Source: Paraphysomonas bandaiensis
Taxonomy: Eukaryota > Protista > Chrysophyceae
Direction: 5' to 3'
Assembly: GCA_965644295.1 (NCBI GenBank)
Contig: CBFFRP010000035.1
Coordinates: 1 to 64,000, forward strand
DNA: 64,000 nt
In this document: positions 25,485 through 37,982 of the stretch, piece by piece
How positions within the stretch are numbered: position 1 is the stretch's first letter
Layout: every line of letters starts with the position of its first letter
The notes under the pieces: generated by a model
The model's input: only the letters and a program-made list of their open reading frames with translations
Databases searched by the model: none
What the model was told of the DNA's origin: nothing
Program-made: the position numbers and the translations under genes

Positions 25485-27632
25485 TCAAACGCATGATGAC
25501 TTCACAAACTCTCTGGCATACTGAATATTTGACAGGTCAGAATCGGCTTTATACCACGATATATTCAATATTTGGGTATAGGCCGCACACGCTTCTGTAC
25601 GTCTAGACTGTGTTTCGAGAAGGAGAGCAAGAGCAAAAGATGTCCACAAACGACCTCTATAGAGAGGACACGATAGCACAGACTCGTACTCGCGGCGAGC
25701 CGCGTCGAAATGTCCTATGCATAAAATGAAACCGAGTGAGATAGTACGGAGAGCATACCTAGGTGTGAATATAGGACACCAAGCGATTCAGCAATTGGTC
25801 GAGGCACTACTTCCGGTTCGTTGTAAGGCACTACCGAGTGCGTAATGTTCAAAGGACTCATATCTCGCGCAGTGGATAGAGCACCCACAGCAGCTTTGGT
25901 GTCCCCTCGTGCCATTAGTACCACACCCTCTGCCTCCGACACGCTGCAGAGGATACCTTTTACTACACGGTCGATTACGGAGTATGATACGTCTCCCGAG
26001 CGCAAATTTCCTGTGCCTCGGATAAATGCACTAGAGTATCGCTTCATTTCCAAGTATGCCTTCTGTGCTGCCTCCACATCATAAGATTCCCTCAATGAAT
26101 ATCCTCCCTTGCTACCAGCACCGCCTTGAACCTGCCCTGAGAATACAGCTGACATGACAGAGGCGTATGCACGTTTGGCGGCGAAGAGGCTAATAACATG
26201 ACGCAGGGTGGGACTTCTGTCAACGTGTGTCGTGATAAGATCGATCACTAACCCCACCTGTTGTCGAGCCTTGTCCCACATGGAGGCCGAAAGATAGGCA
26301 TCCACCGGGGCGAGTAGACACTGAAAATAGTACCTAGAAAGCGCACGACTAGCTAAAGGAGAGTACTCCAGAGGCAAATCAAGCGCCAGAGCCTCCTCCC
26401 ATGGTCGCATATTCAGACAGCTTTCTCCCCATCGCTCCACCTCCTTCATCCTCCCACTCATCCCGAGTGTCATTACTTGGAAGGCGGTATTGTGCAGCAT
26501 CTCCCAGTTGGTGGCACTTGAACTGATAGCTAGACAGGAGATAGAGGGGGGCGTACAACGGGGACCAGGCTCAAGAGCTCGGCTCGTGGAAAAATATTCG
26601 CTTGCTTTACCATAATCACCCAGAAGGAAGTATACATGACCTACCATGTGTAGGATGTGTGGAGAAGCGGGAGCCATTTGTACAAGTGCCTTCGCAGCAG
26701 GCAATGCCTTTTCTGGATTCATCGTATCTTCCCAAGCATGAACTATATAGTGGGCGAGGCCATGATGCCACGGATACGCCGAAAAAAGGTGAGAGAGCTC
26801 CATTTGTGCATGCTCACGCTGGGGTTGCAAAGGTGACCCAAAGACATATATAGAGCTATCCACCCAGTCCCACGCCCGGAATGCAGCAGCATCCACATCT
26901 TCCGGAAATGAAGCGATCAGACGCTCCTGTGATGCTGATAGACATTTCGATGCTGAAAAGGAAGTACACCACTCCACCTATACTTATTAGAAGAGAATAT
27001 CATCATCGTGCTTCACTTACCTCTGCGTAAAGCTTCTCCTGGAGAGTTGAGTTCTGCACAGCTGCCAATGCCCTTGCTCGTACAGAACATTCTCTTGATG
27101 CTCTTAAATAACCTGGATTCCATCGCAAAGCTCTGCACAATAAAGAGACAGGAATTGAGCTGGAGGGAAGCATTGTCATCGCTGTCACAGCAGCCCAGGC
27201 TGATGCCTCAGGATTAAAGTTATGAGCGAGATCAATTGCAAACCTAATCACGCCTTGTGCAGCGTTATTCCGGTACCCCTGTAAGAGAAACTTCGATGTA
27301 CCAAACCCTGATTGAGGAAACAAATTTCCACGAGACTCATAGTGTGCGATAACATCTGATAGAGATGGACCGGATAACGAACTAGAGGCCTGATGCATTT
27401 ATACGTGTGTTAGAGCAGATCATGTTGATATGTGCATATCCATTACACTTATTTCATTGTTGTGGTCGATAGCCCATAAGGATGAGCTAGATCCATATCC
27501 AGAGCCTGTACCTGTGCCTGTACTGCGCCATAAGACCATGAGCGGCAGGAGAGTGATGCATACAGTGACATAGACGAGAGTGATGGTGCAAGACTGATTG
27601 TTCATACTCATAGCTCTCTTTATCGTCGTCAT
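25485..27632 (-). CDS. TPR-like protein of the bacterial/fungal HYxxHxxE...HxxHMxxH family, with N-terminal TM anchor (multi-exon)
   Basis: AHNFNPEA; HHGLAHYIVHAWED..PEKALPAA..APASPHILHMVGHVY; YNEP..PRPIAESLG; C-terminal WYKAD; spliced from ORFs 27420-27722, 27003-27398, 25715-26977, 25485-25679; exact start uncertain. Confidence 0.78.
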
Positions 27633-28761
27633 TTCAATGCATGAGGGTGAGTCATTGGGGTGCAGCGTGTGAGTGCATGTATAGTGTACAGGAGGTGTAT
27701 GGAGGGGCTCCTGTGATACCATACACAGTTAACAGCAGACGCCTCTGTGCTCTTGTCAGAACAGTATACGGTGCTATACGACAGTATTCCATGAGATACG
27801 AGATAGGATACACCAGTATACCTATACAGCTATACAGTCTACTGTAGCATACATCTATATGCTGGAAGATACTGCTGTATGTCCTCTAGATGCATACATA
27901 CATGTAAACATGGACGTGTATGTAGAGTGTACAGAGATATCTGGAAGACACTGCTGTGGAAGTACACGCAGCAATGAATCCAAGTGGACATTAATTCGAC
28001 CAGTATGTGGATTAGATCACCTTCTCCTGTAAATGTTTCTCTTGATATGTTTCGTATCTATAATCTGACGAGATGAGAGCATTGAGTTGCAAGAGTTAAC
28101 ACACCAACACCATACACTATATATCACTTTACTTTAAATTGCTCCGCATGAATAATATTGAGATAGTAGTAGGTATACAGTAGGTTATGTTACTGTGATA
28201 TTGCTTTAATAGTCTACTGAAGGACTCTTGGATCCCTTTTCAACTATGTCGATTATTTTTCTCCATTTATTAGGTCTAAACTTAAACAGCATTTTAATTT
28301 TCTATGTAATAGTGTCAAAAGTCGAAAGTAGGCTATGTATCAAATTGATATTTCGACTGAAGTACCCAATACAACATCGCTTCATACGAGATACATTTAT
28401 AGTATAGTAGGACTAATGTCAATTACTCCGAGGGTTCATGTTGATAAAAAATTATGACTAACCAGGATTCAATACTAATACATTTTTCTGACAGTAAGAG
28501 CAAATGTATGCGTTATCCGTGTAGTTGCAATAAAGAAAAAGGTATTCAAGTCTCTAAAGGGATAAATAACGGCAATCGACACTAAGCTCCAAACTCAAAG
28601 CAGTGATTTTTCGTTTACCACAGCATTTTTCATATGATATTATTATATTATTATAGGGTGCAAGTATACAGAGTATAAAGTCATAACACATGTTCTTATT
28701 CTCCTAGATTTGCACCAAAGAACACATTAGAGATCTGGTATTTGATACATAGTGATACATG

Positions 28762-31493
28762 TTACTCCTGAGTAATCGATAGGTCATCCAACGATACATT
28801 ATCCGTAATGCGTAGGTTCTGCGGAAATACATAAATTCAAGAAATCATAACGCTTTAAACATTACCTTTTCATTTGCCAAATGCAAAAGGCATATGAAAT
28901 AGAAGGGTAGTGAAGCATCTTTTTGTTGGGAAGAGGGTTGCTGTGCGATGTCACGTACCACTGACTGGAATGATAGAGCAGACGACTTTTCTTTGTCTCC
29001 TAGATCGCAGGTAGCTGGGGTCACATTCTCTTCACCATCCAGGTTTCTATCTCCGAGCGATGAATCTAGAGTTCGCCACATATCGTGCTTCAGCTTTCGA
29101 ACATTGACCCTCTTTGAGGAGGTCGCATACCCAATATTAATCTTTTCAACCACTCTTGTGGCCTCAAGTAGTCCCCCTGACACCTGAATATCCAGTCCAG
29201 TGGTGGTTGAAACAGCAGCTGTATCCCTTGCGGGTTGCTGATCGTAACCGTCCGAGTTGTCGGCTGGGATATCAAAGTCCCCAGCAAAGCTGCCTCCATC
29301 ATCATCACACTCGTCAAATCCCTCGCCGTGTGAGAAATCGTCATCTTGCGCTTCTTCTTGCCCAATTTCCGCTTCAGACCAAATCAATTCACCTCCTTGG
29401 TTCTGTTTAGAATTCTGCCCTGCAAGTCTATCTGGCTCATAGGAACAAGGGAACATATCAGACGCCACAGGCACACACACAGTCTCCATGACACCTGCAT
29501 ATTATCAATACAGAGCTTTCATGAAACAAAAACACGTACCCTCAGAAACGTTTTGGGGTGGCACAATCATATACTCCCACTGAAAAAGTCTACAGAGGTC
29601 TTTAAGTGTGATCTTCGCGTCCTCAGGCAATGATAGGGCTCCGTCCTTTGCGCTTTGTGTATTTTTCTCAATAGCAGCGTCTGTCATGAGTGTGGCGTCA
29701 GTTCGTCGACGGCCTTTTGGTTCAACCGTAACATCCAACGACAGACTTTCCGGGGCGTTGAAATCAATTTGGAACTTCTCCTTAACTTGACGCTTCTTAG
29801 TCGGTTTCGTAGCTACCGGTTCTCCTTTTGCAGCTGCAGCTCTTGGTCTGAGATTACTCTTCCAGTGCCTAGCCCCCGCCCACTGATTTCCTCCGCCCAT
29901 AGCTGAAAGAAAGGTTGCTGCCGCAGAACTGCTCGGGTATTTCGGTAAAGGAGTGGCCTCAGTAACGGACATGGAAGCAGTGGACGACTGCGCATAGCCG
30001 AACGCACCCCCACTCCAGCTTTTCGTGCTGACTGAGCTGCACACAGAGCGGGTGTCATCTTCGTCACTTCCTGCTACACTTCCTGCTTCAGAAAACACAG
30101 CATCCCACTGTATTTTCCCCTTGGGCTCAGATCCTGGAGATGAGGTTTGCATACCAGCATCATTGTCGTCATCGCTGAAGTCGCAGCCCGCATCCATTTC
30201 CAACGCACCACAGTCATACTCTGCATCAGAAGTCCCAACAACAGTATTGATGGTAGAAATAGGAGCGGGTGATAGTGGTCCAGTGGCTACGCGAATCATC
30301 TCTTTGTCTCCAGTTAACACTGGTAACCCTCGCAGTACACTTTCCTTATCGGAAGAGACAGCATCTATACCCACTGCATGTCTGTAAGAGCTTAACGCAG
30401 AGCATACCGACCGATTGAGTAACTCCTGCACGCTAAAACCGCAGCGGGAGAGAAGGTCTTGAGATACTGCAACACCGCGGTTCCATGCAGCAGTCCCATC
30501 ATCTTCACCACCAGCATCATTTCGAGTAGCCGTGGAGCTGGAGTCTGCACCAAATACCAGCGTAGAAGAGCCCCGGGATACCCTCTACATGGTATAGGCT
30601 GTATTACGCAACAGTAATAAATACCACAAACAACTCACCAGATTGGTCATGAGCATGCCTTTCGCACCCCCTTCGTCAAACACTTGGCTCATCTTGTGAA
30701 ACATGGGGTCTGCGGTAGAGGAGGCGAGTTCTTTAGCAGGCAGATTAATGTTTGCGAGACTCTTTTCGATGGTAGAGGTTAAGTTGTGTCTGCCGATGAT
30801 GAGAACAGCAGCAATGAAGCATCTAGCAAGTTACCTGTTTGATGCGGACTTGGTGCCCACCCTTGCCTTTACTCGCTGTCCATCACCCTCATCTTCGTCT
30901 TGTTGGTCATCTGAGTCCTCCACATGTTCATTCCTGCTTAAGTTCTCAAGTATGCGATATGATGAGCTCCATGTGTCATCCACTCTATGAGAGTATATCT
31001 TGATAGATGCATCAAGTGTACAGCTCGCCTGTGACAGTTACTCATTCTCTCATTCAATATGAAAATATTCTACACACCTTTTGAAAATTAATGCCTCTGT
31101 TACTCCTATCAGCCGACTCCTCCCTAATGATGCTATCCATATGATTTATCAGATCCAAATTCCATGAGTTCTTAGCGTTAATTTTCTATATATGTGATGA
31201 TTAGACGGGTGTGGTGTACGTATATGTATGTACGTATGTACGTATGTATGTATGTATCTTACGTTCTCTGATGATAGTTTAATAATAGCTTTGTACATGT
31301 CTGCTATTTGATTCTGGTCAGCTGTATCAGTCGCACTGGAGCTCGGAGACACTCTCTTCCCAAATGATTGTCTGCGTCTGCCTGACGACAATCGTCGGGG
31401 TGGGGAGTGACTCACTTCATCCGATGACTCATCTTGCTGGGCGAGTAGATGAGTAGACTTAAACCCACTGCTCAGTCTCCTTTTAGTCGACAT
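28762..31493 (-). CDS. NCAPH: Condensin I kleisin subunit CAP-H / barren
   Basis: ENKINAKNSWNLDL, NFQKASCTLDASIKIYSHRVD, DPMFHKMSQVFDEGGAKG, WAGARHWK, YATSSKRVNVRKLK, FICLLHLANEK; several short introns. Confidence 0.95.
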
Positions 31494-31841
31494 TATCCTT
31501 ATCGCCTATTGGATAATACTCTCACTTCGGTGTCATTCAATTATTCGACTTCATCTCAGTGTCTTTACTCAGACTCACAACTGTTAGCACAGTGTTTTTT
31601 TTGAACAATAACAAACACTCTAAATCAACGGTCAAATTTCCAATATATAGAGCATGGTATTCCTGGGCGGTATTTGTATGAATACCGTACTATATGTGGA
31701 GTAAAATGAATGGTCGGACGGGTAAAATGCTACTGGGAAATGAATGGAATATATGGCCACTTGCGCTGTACACACTTCCCACTCATATATATCACTCCTG
31801 CTATATTCGTGAGTTCCATACACGTATTGTTTGTTGCAAGA

Positions 31842-32480
31842 ATGGAAGTTGATGGTGAAGTTATGATGGAGACTAATGAGGAAATGGAAATTCCTAATTT
31901 TCCCCAAATATCTGCGATGACAGCATTTGGTGGCAGAATGGAATATAGAAAAGTCCGATGCCCACCTCACCGGTTGACACCTCTAAGAAATCAGTGGGAT
32001 CAGCTAATGTCTCCTATTGTAGAGTTTTTAAAGCTTCAGATCAGGTTTAACCCAAAGAACCGCTGTGTTGAAATGAAAACATCCGAACATACTGAAGATC
32101 CAGGGGCTATACAGAAGGGACAGGACTTTATCGAGGCATTTATGATGGGATTTGAAGTTCAAGATGCTGTTGCTCTGTTAAGATTGGACGACTTATTCAT
32201 TGATTCTTTTATGGTCACTGATGTTAAAATGCTGCACGGGGATCATCTCTCACGAGCTATCGGTAGAATTGCAGGACAAGATGGTAAAACGAAATATGCG
32301 ATTGAAAATGCAACCAGAACTAGAATTGTAGTAGCAGATCAAAAAGTACATATTTTAGGGTCTTTTGCCAATATTAAATTAGCGAGAGATGCCATATGTA
32401 ATTTGATCATGGGTGCCCCTCCTGGAAAGGTATACAATCAAATGCGCAACGTTGCGCGCAGATTAAACGAGAGGTTTTGA
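31842..32480 (+). CDS. PNO1: RNA-binding protein PNO1/Dim2 (KH domain, 40S biogenesis)
   Basis: PPHRLTPLR..W, ALLRLDDLFIDSF, DVKMLHGDHLSRAIGRIAG.DGKTK, GAPPGKVY, ERF C-terminus; likely ATG 31842. Confidence 0.97.
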   Translation: MEVDGEVMMETNEEMEIPNFPQISAMTAFGGRMEYRKVRCPPHRLTPLRNQWDQLMSPIVEFLKLQIRFNPKNRCVEMKTSEHTEDPGAIQKGQDFIEAFMMGFEVQDAVALLRLDDLFIDSFMVTDVKMLHGDHLSRAIGRIAGQDGKTKYAIENATRTRIVVADQKVHILGSFANIKLARDAICNLIMGAPPGKVYNQMRNVARRLNERF

Positions 32481-33172
32481 TTTTTTACGTTATTTAGATG
32501 GTAGTCACTCATATAATCGTATTAATTCTGTCGCAGTATATATATGAAATGTGAATAATAATATTCAAATCAGATTCTTCGCAGTAACTGATTCGTCTCT
32601 CTTGTCCGACATATCATTTGATTTAAAGTGGTGTAGACGTGTAGACCACATTCAGTTATATTAGTCAACATATATAATCGGCGGTCAATTATCTTGTATG
32701 TGTTAGACTTAGGAAACAACTGCTTAAAAAGCAGTGGGCTAGAGTAACTGCGCACGTCATCGAAATAGTAATACGTACGAATTGCCTGTTTCGTTTACGC
32801 CTTCAGGGTCGATGATACAATAACAGTATATAAGAAGCGTATTAGAAATGGGAGTGCAGACAGAGGTAAAGAAAACTGAGCATGTATTAGCTTCATGGTA
32901 CTATCTTGTATCTTGACACTTCTATGAGATTTCCGGCCTATTGATCACGAATCTCGGCTCGACCAATGTTATTAAGCAGCTTTGCTTTGATGTCCACAGT
33001 GAGGGCAAGAATAACGTGTATTATAAACTACCATAAACACTATGAAAGGTGACAAGTAGTTTCCTTTGGTATTAATAAATGACCATATATTATTTAGCTT
33101 TTGAGTACGCAAGGGGTATTATCACCTATCAATAATACACTACGCCATTTAAACATAAAACCCAAACAACAA

Positions 33173-33891
33173 TCAATATAGGTATATCTGTATGTCTGGT
33201 CTCTTGTTTTCTGCCATGCGCTCCAGTTTATCCCTACAGTGGCTTGAGAGTGCTTGGCCCGAGACTGTTACCTTGGTCAGTGCTTTATTTTCCAAGCAGC
33301 GTGTTACGAAATGCTGTAGCAATGGTCAAGGAAATAACTTATGCAAATATTATAAAAAGGTACCGTAATTTGCTTGTCATCCATAGCATTACTAAAAAGT
33401 TCCACTTCGTTAAGACATTGCATGCGTTCTACTGCTTCACCCAGTGATGTCGAGACTTCCTTCAAACTTATGTTTTGAACAGTGAGTTTGACAACCTCCA
33501 TCCCTTGAGAGGATGGCAATACAAGCATATTGAAGAATGGGTTTAATACATCCGACGACAGATTGATTGCCCGTCCTCCTGGACCTGTTTCCTTAGCATC
33601 TAATGTAAGACACTTCACAGGCGGTGTAGAGGGTTGGCGCTCTGACCCAAATGAATCAATGAAAGGCCACAGACCTTCACCGAGAACAACTTCTAATATT
33701 ATATCTACAGGCACACCTACATAAGAATGTTGTACTTTTGAATCGATTCTTTCGGGATGGAAGTTAGGATTCATGGATGGTGGATTCACATGTTGCGATT
33801 CGCTCATCTTTACGTAAACATGATGGCTCTCAACAAACTTCCAACCCGTGGGGGTTTTCTTATCACCACGTTTCGAGAATAGACTCCCCAT
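33173..33891 (-). CDS. Hypothetical protein with N-myristoylation motif and RNI/LRR-like C-terminus
   Basis: MGSLFSKRGDKK start at 33891; probable intron ~33363-33314 extends frame to ..HFVTRCLENKALTKVTV..IQIYLY* (TGA 33173-33175). Confidence 0.6.
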
Positions 33892-34387
33892 GTCTCTGAC
33901 TGTGAGACTGTGAGGACTACACGAGTACGCCAAGGAGTATTGACAATATCAATGTGACTTTATAATTATAGTTATACTCCCCTTCATTGGAGATTGATGT
34001 GAGTGCTCTGGGCTGTTATGTGTGTATGTTATCTACACAATCCCATAGAAATCACCAGCAGCAGCAGTATCTGTAGTCAGGTGTAGTGGTTCAGATTTCC
34101 CGGATTTAGATAGCTAGATATCTAGATATCTATGCATATATTTGAAAATTTAAAGTGTTTTCATGACGAGAATTCACCCCCAGCAGCAGCAGTATGTATC
34201 TATATGTATGGTATATGTACAGCAGGACTATACATACATACGATCCCTGTGTGATGAGAGGAGTCACCTGTGTGCACGTTTGTTGCTCTGTATAAACCGA
34301 GTCGAAGCCACTCCTCTGAGGCTCACTGGCTGTTCATACATCACCACATCACAAAGTTCATATACTTATTCACTCCCTCATATTAGA

Positions 34388-37066
34388 ATGGAAGATAATG
34401 AAGCTCATAGTTCATCAGGGGAGGACTCGGATGACTCAGAGCACATGTATCGTGAAGACATGTCCAAAGAACTCTTCTATGAAAACGCTACAGATACAAG
34501 TGAGAGTGAAGAGCCGAGTGATACAGATCTTATCCCGACCCTTCAAGAGGTGATTGAGGAGTATCTTCATATTAAAACATCTCTTGTCTCTCAGCAGATG
34601 AAGCTGTCTGGGGAGGCGCCCTCGAGAGATGTCATATACGAGGTCAAGTCATCTCTGGCTACTCTTAATGGGGACTTAGAAGATCTTGAGTATGATTTGG
34701 ACGCCCTTTCACTCACCACGAGGGAGGACAAGGCTCAGCGCAAGCATATGGTATCAGATCTGGCTGACTTGTTTGATAGTATATGTGCACTCGACAACCG
34801 GTGTCAGGAGTGTTTGCGAAAGGACGCAGAGAGAAAGCGTGCGCTGGGAAATGATTGCTTTAAAAGTGGTCATTACTCTGATGCAGTAACTCATTATACA
34901 TCGGCCATTGGGTCGGACTCTTCGATACCACTTCTATTTACTAATCGAGCCCTCGCCTTTCAAAAATTAGGTAAATTTGATGAAGCCATCGACGATGCCA
35001 AGACTGCACTCGGACTAGACGTTAACTTTCTCAAAGCTTATGTGATACTGGTTAAGTGTCTGCTGACTGTGGGTAGTGTAGCTATGGCAAGCGAGACCCT
35101 GGATTCTGTTCCTATTGCGTCACAGCAACGCACGGAAGTGGCAGATCTGAAGACGCAAACTGCAGCTGCTGCTAAGGAGTCAGGTAATGCATCTTTCAAG
35201 AAAGGAGAGAAGGAAGAAGCGGTGAAATTCTACACGATAGCTATCCACTGTACTCCGGAGAACCATCTGCTGTATTCCAACCGTAGTGCGGCTTATCAAA
35301 GCCGTGGTATGTGGAAAGAGGCTCTCAAAGATGGAGAGAGGTGTGTGCATTTGTGCGAAAAGTTTCCTAAGGGCTACGTACATATGGGTCGCGCCCAGGT
35401 GCAGCTACAGAGGTGGTCTGATGCGGAAAGTACAGTCAACATGGCCAGTACACTACTTGCCGGTACGCCAGAGTTGGAGAGTATAGCAGAACAGCTGAAT
35501 GAGATTCGAGCCGGGATCCAGGCAGGCAAGCATCATGGTAGGCGCAACAACGGTGGCGGATGGGGATTGTCGGACTCGGAGAAAGCTGAGCAGTTTAAGG
35601 CACGAGGCAACGCCTACTACAAGAGCGAAGACTACGAGGAAGCGGTACGGTTCTACACGCAGGCAATATCCCTCTGTCCTAATGAAGGTCCGTACTACGG
35701 TAATCGAGCGGCTGCATGGCTCATGATGAAAGAATATAAGAGGGCAATTGCTGATTGTCTTGAAGGAATAGCGCGAGAGAAGACGCCAGGATTGCTTGAC
35801 AAGTTACGAATGAGACGGGCGACGGCTCTTGCAGCTATGGGCAGCGTGGACGAAGCGATTTCTGTTCTAGAGGAAGCACTGCGGCTTGAAGGACGACAGA
35901 ACGATACCAAGAATATGGAGCAGCAGTTGGAGCGGCTTAGAGGTGCAGTTCAATCGCTGAACCTTGGTCAAGAAAGTCTGCAGAAAGGGGAGTTCTCAAG
36001 GGCCCGTCGACTTTTTGAGTCAGCACAGAGTGGTGGTCTAAGTGACTCCCCTTCTGTGTCTTTGGGCATAGCTCAGGCATGTCTGGGGGTTGACGAATAT
36101 GAAGAGGCATCCAGGGCTGCGCAGCGTGCCATAGCAGCTGGTGGACAGGTGGGTATTGAAGCGTATGCGGTTCGTGCGGAGGCACTACAGGCAACTGGCT
36201 GTACAGACCTGGCTCAGAAACACTTAATGGCAGCGCTTCAGATGGATCCAGACAACGCCACTTTGCAGAGAAAAATGAAGGCTCTGCGACGGGTCGTAGC
36301 AGAAACCACAAGGGTTCGATCTGCCGTAGATGCAGCGATGAATGCGCGCAAATTTGATGAGGCTGTACGACTGTGTGAAGAAGGTCTGCGCATTGACAGT
36401 CGTGGAAAGAAGCTACTTGCGGAGTTCCATGCCCGTCGTGCTAAAGCGTACTCAATGCAGGCTAAGCAACACTTTCGCCTGGCAGCCGAAGAAAGTGCAG
36501 ATCCAGCTGAGGCGATGCAGGCCTGTTGGCGACGATGTTTGCAGGATTCTCATTATTCTATGTACTACGATTCATCCGATTCTGCACTTCCTGCGGTATT
36601 CCTTAAATGCGAAGCACTACAGGCATTAGGTAGGTATCAGGAGGCGCTGGACGAGCTGGAGAGTTGTTACAAAAACGGTCCTGGAGAAGGAGATGAAAGT
36701 GTGCGAGCAAAGCATAAGGAGGCGCAGTTTTTGCTTAAAAAGTCAAAACGCGTGGACCTGTACAAAGTACTGGGGTGTACCCGCGGTGAACTGTCGTCTG
36801 AGAAAGAGATCAAAGTATGCTACAAGAAGGCAGCCTTGAAATGGCACCCCGATAGACACTCTGGGGCAGATGAGGCGAAGAAGAAGGAGGTAGAGAAGAA
36901 ATTCAAAGAAATAGCTGATGCATATGAGCTTTTAACTGATCCTCAGCGTAAGGCACTGTATGACAAAGGGTATGACAGGGAAGAGATAGAACAGCATATG
37001 GAGATGCAGAACCAGCGAGCACAACAGAGATCTCACTTCCCCGGAAGAGGGCGTTACTATTACTAG
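34388..37066 (+). CDS. TPR + J-domain co-chaperone (DNAJC7-like) with extra TPR clamps and N-terminal BAG-like domain
   Basis: Three K/R..GN..F/Y..Y..AI...NR clamp TPR sets; C-terminal J domain DLYKVLG..IKVCYKKAALKWHPDRH..FKEIADAYELLTDP..R..YD; likely ATG 34388; intronless. Confidence 0.92.
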   Translation: MEDNEAHSSSGEDSDDSEHMYREDMSKELFYENATDTSESEEPSDTDLIPTLQEVIEEYLHIKTSLVSQQMKLSGEAPSRDVIYEVKSSLATLNGDLEDLEYDLDALSLTTREDKAQRKHMVSDLADLFDSICALDNRCQECLRKDAERKRALGNDCFKSGHYSDAVTHYTSAIGSDSSIPLLFTNRALAFQKLGKFDEAIDDAKTALGLDVNFLKAYVILVKCLLTVGSVAMASETLDSVPIASQQRTEVADLKTQTAAAAKESGNASFKKGEKEEAVKFYTIAIHCTPENHLLYSNRSAAYQSRGMWKEALKDGERCVHLCEKFPKGYVHMGRAQVQLQRWSDAESTVNMASTLLAGTPELESIAEQLNEIRAGIQAGKHHGRRNNGGGWGLSDSEKAEQFKARGNAYYKSEDYEEAVRFYTQAISLCPNEGPYYGNRAAAWLMMKEYKRAIADCLEGIAREKTPGLLDKLRMRRATALAAMGSVDEAISVLEEALRLEGRQNDTKNMEQQLERLRGAVQSLNLGQESLQKGEFSRARRLFESAQSGGLSDSPSVSLGIAQACLGVDEYEEASRAAQRAIAAGGQVGIEAYAVRAEALQATGCTDLAQKHLMAALQMDPDNATLQRKMKALRRVVAETTRVRSAVDAAMNARKFDEAVRLCEEGLRIDSRGKKLLAEFHARRAKAYSMQAKQHFRLAAEESADPAEAMQACWRRCLQDSHYSMYYDSSDSALPAVFLKCEALQALGRYQEALDELESCYKNGPGEGDESVRAKHKEAQFLLKKSKRVDLYKVLGCTRGELSSEKEIKVCYKKAALKWHPDRHSGADEAKKKEVEKKFKEIADAYELLTDPQRKALYDKGYDREEIEQHMEMQNQRAQQRSHFPGRGRYYY

Positions 37067-37982
37067 TCTTGATCTACAGCTTTATTACCGTCTTTTAATG
37101 ATTGTTCCGAAATTGACTGGGCTCTTATTACGGATTGTTATTATATATGTTGCCGTGCTATTTATATATTGGGCCAACTGCGTTCAAAGCTCAGGTATTA
37201 TTCGGACTTATTCTCCGAAGAACCTTTGGTCAATTTACTATTTAGCGTACTTCTATTGAACTGAAATAGTCAGAGAATTAGATATGTTTATCCAATTTTG
37301 CATTGCTCTGAGTACTTATGTTTGAGGATTTCTTTGGTATTTGATTATCATTGCTAAATCTCTAGTTGTAAGCATTCCAAAAATATATTGTACTGGTGCT
37401 GCCTTTGTATATTTTCTTTAGTCCATTAAAGGAATAGATCTACACCACCTCTATAAGTTGCTGATAGCAGTAGTTTATTGAATGATAATACTATTCATTC
37501 CTACTACTGAATATATGTCTCAACTTAAATGCAGAAGGAAGAAGGAAGGCCCTGAACAGTTAAGCTGTTCAATTTTTGTATATTGATATTGCATACTTAC
37601 AAGCTTATTTGATTACATAATATTGTCCTGGTAGCTGGTAGTGTTGATATTGGTACCTGGTATTCACAATGTAATTTAAAAGTATCTAACAGTCTAACAG
37701 TCCTCCAACAACCACTGTGACCGTACATGTGGTGACAAATACTTCTAATGTGGCATAAAATAGAATCGTACTATTTTGCCCAATGGGTTAAAAGACGATA
37801 TATATTATTATAACTAATATTTATTTGCGCACACCGGCTAGTGATGTCGTATACAAATTACGGATCATGTGCGAGACTACCTATAATACTACCTCTATCT
37901 TGATGCTGCATTAACCAACACAAATCGCTATTAACGACAACCACATACACAAGTTGTCAAAAATGTTATTAACATAGACTTC

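Noticed and set aside
31710-31841. N-terminal extension of PNO1 in the ORF track (likewise 34163-34387 for DnaJ and 51400-51441 for epoxide hydrolase)
   Set aside because: Low-complexity promoter/UTR-like sequence; downstream ATGs fit the expected protein starts better
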